64,000 bases of DNA, from NCBI RefSeq assembly GCF_018977255.1, contig NW_024704742.1, positions 104,286,001-104,350,000 on the forward strand, given 5' to 3'. The notes beneath the pieces are model-generated. The model made no database searches. It had not been told where the DNA came from and was given only the letters and a program-made list of their open reading frames with translations. Shown here piece after piece: positions 26,240-39,499 of the stretch. Source of the stretch: Callorhinchus milii. Its lineage: Eukaryota. The position numbers were made by a program, and so were the translations under genes. The stretch's first letter is position 1, and each line of letters starts with the position of its first letter.

Positions 26240-27215
26240 CAACAACAACAAAATTACATTTATAGAGTTCCTTTCACGTCAGGAGGATGTCCCAATGCGC
26301 TGGACAGTCAGGGGTCAGGACCCGAGCATGCGGGAGGGGTGGGGTAGGGGTGAGGGAAGGCAGAGAGGTGGGAGGGCGACTGAAGACACGATCGAAGAGA
26401 AGAGTCTTGAGACCGGCCTTGAAGGAGGCAAGGGAGGAAGCGAGGACTGTGGGATGGAGTTCCAGAGTGTGGGGGCAGAGAGGCTGAAAGCCCGGCCACC
26501 GATGGTAGGGTGGGTCGGGCGGGAGACATGGAACAGGCCCGCTGAACGGAGTGTGCTGTGGAGGAGAGTAAAAGTAGAGGCTGGGTTGGTGCGGGAGGTG
26601 GGCCAGAGAGGGAGGAGTTCAGAGGACTCCAGGGCAGAGGAGAGGGTTTGCAAGGAGATCTTCTTCCATGGACAGTAGAAGATGGTGGTAGGTTTGAAGG
26701 CAGTGGGGAGAGGGATATAGGAATTGAGGGAGATGAAATGATGGTTAGAGATGGCCTTGTTGGTGATGGGAGAGGCGTGATCACCAGGTCGAGCAGGTGG
26801 CCGTGAACTTGGGTAGCAGAGTGGATGTGGAGGGAGAGGTTGAGAGAGAAGTCTGAGGAGGTGGAGCAAGAGGGGATGAAGTGGAGGTAGAAGTCGCCTA
26901 GGATGATGAGGCGGTCGGAGCAGAGGCAGAGGGAAGCTAGAAGGGTGGCGATGTCAGCGATGAAGGTAAGGGAGGATTTCGGGGGGGCGATAAATTAGGA
27001 GAATTTTTAGTGAGAGATGAGCAATGTGTTCAAAAGAGGGGAATGAGCCAGCAGAGTAGGGGGATAGGACAAGTGACGCCCTAGAGATGAGGGACACAAC
27101 ACCGCCACGGCGGTTGGGGGGTGGGGCATGGTGGTAGGTATAGCCGGGTGGTGTGGCCTCAGTTAGGGGGAAGGTGTCACCTGGGGTGATCCAGGTTTCC
27201 GTGAGGGACTGACAT
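26240..27215 (-). mobile_element. Internally deleted L2 LINE (APE endonuclease region fused to the 3' end)
   Basis: The - strand reads LTETWITPG...GGV...ILGDF (APE motifs) and then joins the GGRAFSLSAPTLWNS 3' region and (TTG)n tail, with no RT core. Confidence 0.8.
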
Positions 27216-27694
27216 CAGCAGAGATAGACCTAACTATAATAATCAGTCACTTACTGAAAGTAAATATCTGTTCATTTATTCAATAAAGATAATGTTAAAT
27301 ATGTGTTCCCACAATGCATCCTTTAATGAAAAGAATGTTCAGCTAACAGCCCTGAAGCTGATGGTTAACACTCTTCATTGGTCCATGAATCAGGTTAAGT
27401 GACTTTCCATCAGTGTAATGCCAAATACTTAGGAATTCTTAACAGCATTAGAAAGCTCAAAAGGAAAACGTCCATCAAGGGGATTGTAAACTGTTTAGCC
27501 AAGCCTCACCCGATTGAAGTGATTAGCAAAGTCTCAGACAGTTGGGTTACTGTTAGTCACAGCTTTGTTGTCAGTTAAAACATGAATAAATGTGATTTAA
27601 AAAGGAATCTCGATAATAACTGGATGTTCGCTTTAGTGTTCCAAAGCCTATCGTTGTGATCCTGGTGGTTCCAATTATACTTTCTCTGTAACAC

Positions 27695-27912
27695 ACGCCT
27701 CATAATAATCCCTCCAAAAAACCCCAAACAATAATTAAATTGGTCATTTTCAATCTACGACTGTTTGTGGGACATTGCTGTGCGCAATTGGCTGCCGCGT
27801 TCGCCCACAAATATACAGTCAATTCACTTTACAGTGTGTTCTGTGAAGCGCTTTGGGACGTCCTCCTGATGTGAAAAGCGCTATATCAAATGCAAGGATT
27901 ATTATTATTATA
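27695..27912 (+). mobile_element. 5'-truncated tRNA-SINE
   Basis: Body and tail match the family. Confidence 0.85.
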
Positions 27913-29295
27913 ACCACTCTGTGTGGAGCAACTCTGCCATGTGCTTGTAAAGATTCATGATCCTAAAAGATATAGGTCAGCTAAACCCAAATAATATGTT
28001 TAACATAGTCAGAAACCCCTACAGCAAGGGACCAGGGGCTCAAACTCAACAGAGGTAGAGAACAGAGAGTTTAGATTTAACCATTTTACACAGTGTGGTG
28101 AATATGTGGAATGATCTACATATCCACAGGCAGCTTGTGTCGCCAAATTAATGAAGGAACTGGGTAGCTTTACAACCAACAAACCATAGAAATTTAAATC
28201 ACTGAAGAGGGCCATTTGGCCCATCCTGTCTGTGTTGGCTCTTTAAAGAGCAATCCCTTCGGTTCCATTTACCTGCCCTTTCCCCACACCCCTAAAAGCT
28301 TATTCCTTTTTAGATAATTATCTAATACCCTTTTGAAAGTTTTGGTAAAGAAATTGATTTGAGATATAAATTGATCATTACAGTGTGAGTTTGGTTATAA
28401 TATAACTGTTCCACTGTGGACACCATTCACTGTGCACAAAGTGCTCTGGGACGCTACCCGCGTGAAGAACGCTATATAAATGCAAGTTGTTGTTCCATCT
28501 GCGAAGACCCACTGTTTTTCCACAACTGTGTTTAAAATAGCTGACCTCCAGGTCATTAGGTCACCACAGACATCATTTTCTGTTTGTTGTGCCTGCACAA
28601 AGCAGGAAGTGACACCAGCGAAAACCTGATGACAATAACAACACTTGCAAGATGGCCATTTTAGCTTCCCATGCTTAAACAATTTCTGGCCAATTTCTGG
28701 GTTATCAGATTGCCTCCGACATCAAATACCAGAGATCAAATAATCAAATAATGATATGACACATTGAACTAAACATGGTGTCAACTCCTCACTGGAGCTG
28801 AGCTGATTTTCCTAATCAATAATAATAATAAGTCTTGCATTTGATATAGCGCCTTAGAACATTGTTGAAACGTCTCAAAGTGCTTCACAGAATATACTGT
28901 AAAGTGAATTGGCCATATATTTGGGGGGCAAAACGAGGCAGCCAATTGAGCACAGCAGTGTCCCACAAACAGTCATGGATTGAGTGACTAAATAATTCCT
29001 GTTTTCTTCACAATATCTTTTATATTGTTCCTCTTAAAATATTTGTCAAATTCTCTTTCAAATGTTGAGACAGTCGGATTAACCATACATGGCAAAGGGT
29101 TTCATGTTCTCTGTGAGAAAAAAGGGGAGAAATTAGACAAATTAATTACCCTGGCCAAAATCAGATGAAAGTCAATATCTGGTTATTGATTGAGGTGCAA
29201 TAGGCAAAATAAAACCATCATTTCTTTCTTACCAAAAAAAATTCAATTAGTCTGACTTTTCCCTGCTTAATCTTTTTGTAATATTTTTTGTGCAG

Positions 29296-29406
29296 GACTC
29301 AAGGTGACCCCATCCGCATCAGACATTCACATTCACCTCGAAGCTTTCGTCAGTACAGACGCTCGCAGTGCTCTGATGGAGAGCGATCAGTACTATCTGA
29401 AATAAA
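29296..29406 (+). CDS. EPB41L4A: EPB41L4A coding exon
   Basis: gtgcag|GACT...ATAAA|gtaggt. Translates TQGDPIRIRHSHSPRSFRQYRRSQCSDGERSVLSEIN. Confidence 0.94.
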
Positions 29407-32400
29407 GTAGGTATATTAGAGGTTCTCCCTTCAATTACATTGATGTGGAAAAAAGTAACTTCAATTATTTCAGGAAAGGATTAACTGTAGTAAATGATTA
29501 ATTTTCATTGCTACTAATTTGAAACATAGGTTCTGTAAAGATTTCACTTTAAGGCACCTGAGATTAGAAGAAATTAGAAGAAAACATGTTGGTCTTTGAC
29601 AGTGCTATCTATGGTGTGGCTGAGAGCAGCGAGTTTGGCTGGGAATCTGAATCCTGTCCAAAGGGATCATTGGAGACTTCTCATGCAATCTGTTGTGTTA
29701 TATAAAGACTCATTGAAATGTCTGAGCAAATTAGAATCAATCCATTTCCCTGTTGTGTAAAATATCTTAGATGTTCAAATTAGCTTAATCGCATATGACA
29801 GGTTTTTATAAGATAAAAATGAAAATGCAGCACAAATTAATAGCGAGTCCTTATGGTTTTCCAGGCTGGCTTTTTAGGCTTTTCTGATGTTGGATAATCA
29901 GCAGGAATGCCCATCCGCAGGGGAATGTCAGCTTGCCTATGCCTCAGCTAGTAAATAGATTGGCAGGATGTGGCACTAGTATGATCCTGAGCCAAACAGA
30001 CCAAGCAATATCTGAGGTTCAAACCTCGGTAATCAAAGCACTGCTGACTGAGAGGCCAGTGTGCTTGCTGCACACTGGTTTGGAATTCCCTGGGCTGAAC
30101 GGGGAGAAAAAAACAAACAGTCCTCCTGTTCCCCAATCTCTTTCCAGTAACTCATACTAGATGTAAAGTGTGAGGATCCTTGTTACATGTACGGTGTGTA
30201 GTGTGCTAACTTATATACTGTGAGGATCTTTGGTACCATACACTAGGCAGACTCCTGATGTGACTTCAGATGTGAAGGGACATCCTCTCAATTTGAAAAG
30301 GGCTATACAAATGTAATTTGTTGTAGTTGTTGAAAGTGAGGGATGTTCTGGAGGTGGACAAAAGTAATCAAGAATGTTTGTAGGGTTCGAAAGAGAGCTG
30401 AGAGTCAAACCAAAGGCTAGGGTGGCACATTGACTGGCTCATGAGCTGGAGTGAGCATTTGGGAGGTTTATGAAGCCAGTCATTTCTGGTTGACATTCAG
30501 CTGAAGGAAGTTGAGGGTCACCCATAACTGGAGGAAAAGAGAGAGATAATGGAAGAAAATTTGAGCTTTTAAAAATTTTAAGCATGTCATTTGACTACAG
30601 GCTAATGCGAATCACAAAGGTAGTCAGTCAGCAGAATGCCATTCGCTTTATCTGCAGCTTATCAGTCAGCCCATTAAGTAGTACCGATGCTGTGGCACAA
30701 TACTTTGTCTTTAGATTATTATCCAACTGGAAATACAATTTTCTGCATGAATCTGGTATTTGCAACAGACAGGTTAGCATGTGGCCAAAGCAATCCCATT
30801 GCACCACCTTCAACAACAACAACTTGCATTTATATAGCGCCCCTCATGCACGAGACTGCTATATAAATGCAAGTTGTTGTTGTTGAACTCAAGCATCCCA
30901 GAGTGTTGACAGTGTCGGAACAGAACGCTGAGCCGGGGGCAGGTTACTGTAAGCATAGTCGAAGAGGAAGGTCTTCATGCGTGACCTGAAAGTGGGGAAA
31001 GTGGGGACAAGGTGAAGGATAGACGAAGAGTGTTCCAGAGTTTTGGGATGTAATGACTGTAACTGCGATCACCTTTAGTTACTGTTCAGCGAGTTTAACA
31101 TTTGGCAGCACCTTTCTCTTTAAATAATTCTGATCTATAAGTTCAGCAATAACGTTCTGCCTGATCTTCACTTTGGAGAGGACTACCACAGAAACCAGTA
31201 GCAGAATAGTTTTGTCTTTGTCTGTCCGATGACCAGTAGTAGACAGCCTCAACCTTTATTTGTGTATACTCTTTCAATATTTACAGTGAAATCTCACCAA
31301 TTAGGTCAGCTAATGGACTGAGGAAGTCTGACAACAACAGGTTGACATCGCTAATGAGCCGTGACTGAAATTATCCAAAACACAAACTACTGAACATACA
31401 CTACTTGTTTATTGCCAGAATGTGCATATATCCTGTGCATTACTGCTTAAAGAAACTGATGAAAACAACACAATTTACAATTGTATAGTCCTTTGTATGT
31501 AGAACGTCTCACACTTTGTTGTCCCCACATTCTTAAAAGAGGCAACTTTTTTTGATTTTTTTTGTGTGATTCTTTGGTACTGGTCGTATTCTGGTATCTC
31601 ACTCTGTGTGATTTGGGTGGATTTCAGGGTGTGAAAAGCACTGCGAATAACAATCTGGCCTACTTTCTGAGAAACAAACCACAGAGTCAACTGCCAATTG
31701 ATAACCACATGCTCAACGTACGAGGTGGCCTCATAAATGAGTTGAATTGTTGTATAATGCAGAAACAAAACACTGACCCCATTAGTCAGTTGACCACATT
31801 AGTTGGGTGACTTTGAAGTGAGTTTCCACTGTACACAGTTGCAGCTTTTGCCTAGTTTTATCTCGTACTCACTCCGAGATATTTGATTCTTGAAGAGAAA
31901 ACTTCAAGATTATTATGTGGCTCACTAATTGCATTATTAAAGCTCTTTGCAAATGAGCTGTTAGCTTGCGGGCAACTTCAGAAAACTCCTACATACCCTG
32001 AGCCAACTGGTGTCTTGTGAAACTTTTGCTCACCTGCTTTAGACTATGTTACAATAAGATCTGCAACTGAAACTAAGTCAATTGCTACTCAAGGTGGTCT
32101 GGCATCCTAACATATAACATTTATAAAAAGAAGCTTGTGGCAGTCGCTGTGCGTGCCTTTTTAAATTAATCTGAAGCTCAAGTGCCTATGGAATTCCAGA
32201 GGCCTATACAGAGCCCAGTGCTACCTAATCTTTTTAAATTTCTCGCACTGGTGAAACTGTGGGTACAAACCTGGACAGATATATTGTACTTGGTTCATTT
32301 AATTTTTGCCATTACCAGGTGTTATGATGGCTTCAAATTAATGATTGTCAATCGATTGACATTTACATTGAAGGTTTACCAATTAGGAAATAATTACTGC

Positions 32401-32499
32401 AGGTTTATTGATTTTGCAATCCAGCTAAATACTCTGAAATGTCACTGACTGTATCAATTTTAATCTAATACAAAATGAATATCATACTGATGCCTTTAG

Positions 32500-32587
32500 T
32501 TCTAGGACTGATCTAGTGGCCCCACTGCCCGTGACCCGTGCCTCAGATGTTCAGGGTCCTCACGCCTCACCATCAACACTGCATCAA
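32500..32587 (+). CDS. EPB41L4A: EPB41L4A penultimate coding exon
   Basis: ctttag|TTCT...TCAA|gtgagt. Translates SRTDLVAPLPVTRASDVQGPHASPSTLHQ. Confidence 0.9.
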
Positions 32588-32866
32588 GTGAGTTTCATCT
32601 AAACTATTACAACTCTATGGGAATATGATATGATGTGCTGCAGTTTAGAAAATCATGTAATTGTAGGAGTAATTTATATGTGCATTAATCCACTGTGATT
32701 ATTTTCCTTTGGATAAATGATCATGTTAGTCTTGTGTGACTTGAATAATCACTTGCTTATTGTGATTGTTTCAAAGTATCTAATAACTGGATGCAGAAAT
32801 TGTATTTTGATAAATGGGTAAATGAAAAGATTAGCTATTAATACTTTTAATTTTTGTGACCAACAG

Positions 32867-32995
32867 AAGAAAGACAAATCTGAAGGTAATGCAACAGAAA
32901 GAAAGGCACAAGGATCAAGTGATGACTGGAATGCAAAATATAGCATTAAAACGTCTAGAACCATACAAACCCCACGGATAAAAGCAGAGACTTGA
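32867..32995 (+). CDS. EPB41L4A: EPB41L4A last coding exon, including the stop codon
   Basis: caacag|AAG...ACT TGA. Translates KKDKSEGNATERKAQGSSDDWNAKYSIKTSRTIQTPRIKAET*; recalled human C-terminus is TIQASRLKTET. Confidence 0.9.
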   Translation, partial: KKDKSEGNATERKAQGSSDDWNAKYSIKTSRTIQTPRIKAET

Positions 32996-33622
32996 TTATC
33001 TTTACACCGATGACTGGAAAAGATATTGGCGCACTGTGATCTAAAACTGTTGAGGTTTCTGCACACCACAACAACGATGCCTTGAGCGAAAACTGAGTTT
33101 GAAATTGTTTCTGTGTCAGTGTAACACAGTATGTTTATGGGCAACTTTATAGACTGGTGTCATACAAACCTAAGCTGTGCTGTATGACAAACCTTTTTTT
33201 TAAAATGTTGATTTTCTTTATCAGTGGCTCAATTGCAAATGACCATTAACTAGTAATGAAAATCATATTCATGACACATTATGGGACCAGAAATCTTTTT
33301 TTAATATTTTTTAAAACACAGGTATACCTGATTTTCCTGTATTTCGGTATGTACCAAACTGTCCTTAAAACACAGGTTGCCATGATGTGAACAGATATAG
33401 AGCTTATGAAATTCAGTTTTATACTGGAATGTTTATCTACTGTATTAAAGGCTTTCTACATTAGTGCATCACCATTTTAAAATGATACTCAATTGGGCGC
33501 AATAATTAAAATTTGGTGGGAAAGCTTAACAGTAATCTGGATGTACCTTTTAACAGTGTTACTTGTTTGGTTCCTACCAGAACTCATTCAGATCCTTTAC
33601 TTTCCATCCCTTGTGTAGCATC

Positions 33623-33632
33623 AATAAATAAA
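33623..33632 (+). terminator. Candidate proximal polyadenylation signal of EPB41L4A; a distal AATAAA lies near 34904
   Basis: Overlapping AATAAATAAA about 630 nt after the stop, within an AT-rich stretch with no obvious repeats. Confidence 0.45.
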
Positions 33633-36478
33633 AATGGCATTGTTTGACCTTTAAATTCACCAAAATAGAAGCACCTGTTGAGGTGCACAGCTTTTTAAGT
33701 GTCACCTGTTTGGTGAGGAAAAAAGTGGCTAACTCCAAGAGTGCACTGAGTGTGCATTAAACAGTATCAATCAGGTTGGCCTGACAGTTGTCTAAGGGTT
33801 AGCAAGCACTAACTTCGAATTTAGTAACATTTCCATTTTGCTACATTCATGTGTATTGAAATTGCCAGTTAATACATGTTATTGCATCACCTGTGATCAG
33901 GATTTGTTTCAATTTTTTGAAAGTGTAGAAAGAACTCTTCTGTAAATCATTTGCGTTGTGAATGCTACTGAAACATTGCATGAAACTGTAAAATACATTT
34001 GCTGAAGTTTCTTGGACTGTTGGTAAGTGAATGTAATAATAATGGGGTCTATCTGCCACTCTCAGCAGGAATTACTCAGGTTCTGTTAGTCTTTCTTATG
34101 GGTTGTAAGGCTTGAATTTTAATATTGAACTTAATTGCTGTTTGAAAATCAAGCTTTTTAATGTTGATAATAATTTCTGCTAGTAATACAGGTGAGTATG
34201 TATTTGGCCCAAAGCATTAAGTTAAATGGTTATTGGGGGAGAAGGTGAATCATCTCAGATTGCAGTTACGTGATAAAACTCATGCTCTGACGATAGTTAA
34301 TTGTCACACAGGGAGGTGTTATTTTATGTTACCTGCTGAGTTAACTACAGGCTGTCGAATGGCCTTCACAACAATCTGGTTTCTGTAAAATGTGATGTGG
34401 AAAAGCAGTAGGTGGTGATGACTGCTGACCTAAATCAGATTTACAAAATTCACAAATGTAGCAAACCCTGTAACCTCACAGAATGAGGTGACACAAGGCA
34501 GCAGTCACCAGACCAGGAGGATTGAAAGTTCATCACCCACCCGACTCAGATAGGCCCCATTTAAGACCAAGTACAATGTGTTTATTTTCACCTTGCAAGG
34601 TGTTGGGGGAGATGTTATCATCAGTGTTTGTATTTTCTGTGCAAAGCAGGTCTCAGCTGTGATCAGTTTTGTTTGCCAATCCCATTTTTGATTGTGTAGG
34701 GTGTATGTTTAATTGTATTTCAGCAACTCAAGAACAGTTTGTAATTTTCTAGAAATGTTAACATCAAAAGGGGAACAACCACATGCACAGTGTGAAATGC
34801 TAGGTTAGCAGAACTTTCAGGGAATTAAATTAAAACTATTGCTGTAATATTGTGCATCTTGGTGTACATTGTACCCACAACTTGGTCATAGTAGAATGAG
34901 GAAAATAAATCCAGAATTTATATTAAACAAGGTTCTAGATGGGTTTTTCCTAATAATTCAGGTACAATTATGAATTACACACTTAAAGCACCAACACACT
35001 GAGTCATTCTCTAATCTGCTTTCTAATCTGATTTTTTGGGGGAAATGCATGCCAACAAATTCTATGGGCACATTATTTAATTACAATGGAAACCTCACTT
35101 TCCCAGACACCCTGGAAGATCAAGTGATCGATTTGTAGAAACAATACAAATACAGTTTCTTCATAATCTTTATTGTGAAGTTAAATGCTGGTAATTTTTT
35201 TTACCAAATGAAATTGTACAGAAAAGCATGTACAACTGCAAGTACAAACAATTAAATTAGGCAAAATAAAAGTTTTACCCCATGACTTGTAATGAAGACA
35301 TATGAAACAAGCAGCAAATAAGAAGCAATATGAAAGGAAGCCAAATGGTGGATTAAAATATACATCAAAGTCCCAAGGTTTCACAGGTTCCCATCCCAAT
35401 TACTAGGTACTCAACTCAAAGACAAACAGCCAACTGGTCCTTATGTCCTGGAAATGTCCACGTCCCCCAGTGCGATTTCAAGATGAATCTTCCTGCATAA
35501 GATTAAAAAAAGGTGTTAATTCACATATAGCCATAAGGTACAGCACATATCCACAATATTCAGGACCAGAAGTATTTCAGATGTAATTTTTCTAGATATA
35601 CGCAAGCTGGATATTACCTTTAGTTTACTAAATTAAGCAGTTTCTCACAGCTAGCCAACAATTGGACATTACAATATCATAAATGTTGTCAGCAGTCAGG
35701 CAGGGCGGGTACCATTGTTCCTGCAATGATTTTCAGGTACTCGATTATTTCAGGGTTGATATATCTTTCCTGGAGTGATCCAAAGTGAGGTTGTAGATGG
35801 ACATACATGGTCCTCTTCAAGGCTGTGAATGTCAAAATAGATCAAGATTAGTTACTGACAGCAGGAGGGCAAGTGGGGAGGATAGCCCAGTAACAGCTTG
35901 GTCAGGTAGGATAATTAAGAATTTCAGAAATCAGCAACTGCACAGTCATTGGGATGTGGAATGCCTTGCCAAGTAAGATGATACAGGCAGAGTCCATTGT
36001 GGGTTAAAGAGGGAAGTAGACAGTTTATGATAGTTGGTGGGTGAAGGGTATGGAATTAGGGCAGAGGGATTGATTGCTCCAAGAGCTGGTGTAAACTCGA
36101 TTAGTCGAAAGGCCTCCTTCTGCGCTTTAAGTTTCAATGATTCTAACTAAGCTGAGACAAAAGATGTAAAACTGAGAATACTAGTTTATCACTGAAGATT
36201 TGGCTATATGTGTGCACATCCTGTATGACTTTCTGATGCCACATCTTCAAAACTGAACCCAAAGCCCAACATACTCTAAAGGGAAATTTAAGTAAATGAG
36301 AAACAAGTTTATAACACCAAGCTAAGCACATCAGGAGAATTATATTGAATAAGATTTCTATTTCTAATTAGTTGCCCGGATGAATGTACAGTATAGCAGT
36401 TTTCACATAGGATAACATCTTTATAGAGATGGAGTGAAAACTGGAGGGGGAATGAGACAGAGGGATTCAAGGAGAGGT

Positions 36479-36803
36479 AATAATAATAATAATAATCCTT
36501 GCATTTGATATAGCGCTTTTCACGTCAGGAGGACGTCCCAAAGCGCTTCACAGAATAGACTGTAAAGTGAATTGACTGTATATTTGTGGGCGAACGCGGC
36601 AGCCAATTGCGCACAGCAATGTCCCACAAACAGTCGTAGATTGAAAATGACCAATTTATTATTGTTTTTGTTTTTTTGGAGGGATTATTATTAGGAGTGT
36701 GGAGTAAGGAAACTTGCCCAAGGTTTCGCCCTCTGCCTGGAATTGAACTCAGGTCTCTCACTTGCAAAGCGAGTGCTCTAACCACTGAGCTCCAGGACTC
36801 CAC
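36479..36803 (-). mobile_element. Full-length tRNA(Ala)-like SINE inside the lncRNA intron
   Basis: A box AGCTCAGTGG, TGC anticodon loop, B box GTTCAATTCC, L2-like 3' hairpin, (TTA)n tail. Confidence 0.9.
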
Positions 36804-38663
36804 AAAGGTAAGAGTGGAAGGACGTGGAAGCAGGAACAAGGAACACGCAGCAGACCATTTGCATTTACCAGACTGCAGAGTTTTAACTGACCAAGACACA
36901 TGGAATGTTTAATTTACTCTGGAAATGATTACCAACCAGACTTTTCACATTACTGAATCATAAAGTTACAACAACTGAAGTTGTAATTGGACTTTGGCAC
37001 TACACCCAATCTGAACATTCCAGTGGTGCGTTTCAAAACCCACTGGGTATCACAAGGTTCATTTAAACAGTTTTTTTTAAATCAATGTCTCTTCTGCATC
37101 TGGCAACACTCAAGTACTGGGAACAAGAGTGAAAAATACAATGCAAAAGATTTCCTTTCTGCCTTTTTTGACACTTCAATAATTCAATAAAATGAAGAAT
37201 GAGCAACACAAAGGCAAGTTAAAAAGTGTCATGAACTTAGTCCCACTCCACAAAGAGGAATCACACTTTCTAACAAGAAGTTAGTACAATTGGGTATTCA
37301 AGAAATCAGTAAATGATTACTGTACTGCTGGTGCAACATAAACACAGTGGTCTTTCCCTATTAATACTGCCGTGACTGACATTCAACAGCTCGTCGACAA
37401 AAGGCAATGTGGCAAACCGTTCATCACAACCCCAGCCAGATGGACAGATCACATACTTGTATTTTCTCTAATAAGTTTTGAATTTGTAAGGCTTCAAATC
37501 TCTAGATAATTTATTAACTGAGACTAACAGCGTTTCAAGGCTGCAGCTGCATGAAACATCTTAAGTAATTCAGTTTCAGAAACTGATAGGATGAGTGACC
37601 AGTGCTTTGCCATTTAAAAAGATCAATATCTTTACCTCCTTCTCTCCCAATCTCAATTAACAGTTCAATCATGAAACTTGTACAGAATACAATATTGCAA
37701 CTCTGATTTATACAATGCCCTTTACACAGGATAGCATCTGTACAGTGGTGGGGTTGGAAGCCGAGCAAGGGAGAAGGTGACCAATAGACACCGCCAAGGA
37801 GGCAAGTCTAAGGATGGGAGGAGGGAGAACCTGCAGACAATTTGAGCAGGAAGATTTCCATGTCTAGCCAGCACACATATATGGAACTCAATCTGGTTTG
37901 GATATGCTTAAGCATGCTGATGCGTGTCTACAGGTGTCAGTTACCCTGCTGATCATAAAATACTGTAACCATTTGCATCTATATAGCACTCTCCATGTAG
38001 GGTAACATCTCAAAGAGTGTTTAGAAGCACTTAGATAGAGCAAGTTTCCTCTGCTCTGCTCTATCTTAAAAGCAGCTGGGTGGGAAAGATGGGGATCAAG
38101 GAAGCAGGCGAGGTAGGTTTCATTTTGGTTATGAGTGGCAATGGATAAGAGAAAAATAGGGGCAAAGGTGTGCAGGATTGAGGCAGTGGCAGGCAGGCAG
38201 CTGAATACAATTGTGAATAAACATTAAAAGTCAAACAATGACCCCCACCTATCCCAGATATGCATTTTAGTAATAATCCCTCCCAATATCAAAATCCAAT
38301 TCTGAAAACCTCAACTGATCTTTCGCAAGGTACCTAAAAGTGCAATCAAAGCACAAAAATGGGGGAAATCTGGATCAAGGTTGTAAATCTAGAATACAGG
38401 CTAGTTAAGTTGTAACTTAATATAAAATCCATCATTAAAAAACACGTACCTGGAATTCTACAGACGTCAATCGCTGGGAGCTGCATGTATGTACAACATC
38501 CGTTACAAAAAAGGTCAACGAATAATCATCTTTGAATAGTTGTTACCCATCACGAGAAAGATGACTTGGAGACCCAACTGCAGATAGATGGAATATTTCC
38601 ATATTAATTCCTTTTATTACAACTGATCTTCTCCTGCAACATGGTCAAACCCCTACTATTTAG

Positions 38664-38794
38664 TGATGTGCAGCACACAATATGCTAAGGAGGGAAGGTG
38701 CACCTCTCCCAGCAGACAATCACATGCCAGTTACTGTCCGCTCTTTTTGACGCCGCGTCCGCCTGAGAACTGACAAACGGGCAACACAAGAGCG
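38664..38794 (-). ncRNA. SNORA13: Box H/ACA snoRNA, SNORA13 (ACA13) orthologue; guide for the 18S rRNA pseudouridine at human position 1248
   Basis: 5' hairpin GCTCTT-GTGTT...GTCAAA-AAGAGC; the pocket arms complement 18S UUUGAC-UC-AACAC. H box ACAGTA (38732-38737) lies 14 nt from the pocket. A second hairpin and an ACA box 3 nt from the end follow; length about 131 nt; about 86 nt upstream of a 3' splice site. Confidence 0.88.
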
Positions 38795-38879
38795 ATCAAC
38801 GCGAGAAATCATGTGCAATACACCGCCTGTACTGAACACCCGTGCTCAGCGATACACCACCTGTACCAGGCCCATGTAT

Positions 38880-39306
38880 TCAGCGATACCTCCCTATCCC
38901 TCAGAGAATCGAGTACAAAACCTTGTTCTCACCTTCAAAGCCCTCCACGGTCTTGCTTCCTGCTACCTCTCCGACCTCCTAACCCCATATCAGCCTATCT
39001 GCTCCATCCGCTCGGTGGACACCGGTCTGCTTCAGGTCCCCCGCGCTTCCCGCCCCAACATTGGTGGTCGGGCATTCAGCATCTCTGCCCCTGCACTCTG
39101 GATTTGTATCCCGAATCCCTCCGCCTCTCTTGCCCCTTCAAGTCCCGTCTAAAGACCTTCCTCTTCAACCACGCCTTTGCCCACCGCTCACCCGTGCCGT
39201 CCAGCCCTCCTGACCCCAACTCCCAACCAAAAACCCCCGACTATCCAGCGTCCTGGGCCGCGCCTCCAACGTGAAGGGCGCCGTCTACACGCGTAACGTA
39301 TTGTTG
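38880..39306 (+). mobile_element. L2 LINE 3' fragment lying between the two snoRNA/exon units
   Basis: LTFKALHGLASCYLSDLL...GGRAFSISAPALW motif. Confidence 0.85.
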
Positions 39307-39499
39307 CTCCCGCACCATCCGTGTGCCGGGCCCAACTGCACAGCAACAACAGAAAATCCACCGGAGAGAGAGAGAGAGAGGGGGGGGGGGGGGGAAATCA
39401 TACCGTGAATGGCTCCAGAAGTCAATCATTGGGAACTGCACTTATGTGCGTGTAACCATCTTTGGATGAACAGTCACCCACCACCAGAGACGTGGCCTG

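Noticed and set aside
35690..35810. 39-aa ORF (MYVHLQPHFG...PDC) in a lncRNA exon
   Set aside because: Short, downstream of other ATGs, followed by a further intron, and without recognisable homology. It would need Ribo-seq or conservation support.
37300..37435. Possible box C/D snoRNA or third SNORA13 copy on the - strand (GTGATGA...CTGA; CGGTTTGCCA shared with the paralogue)
   Set aside because: No terminal stem, no evident rRNA antisense element, and the similarity is too short to trust. An Infernal or snoscan run would settle it.
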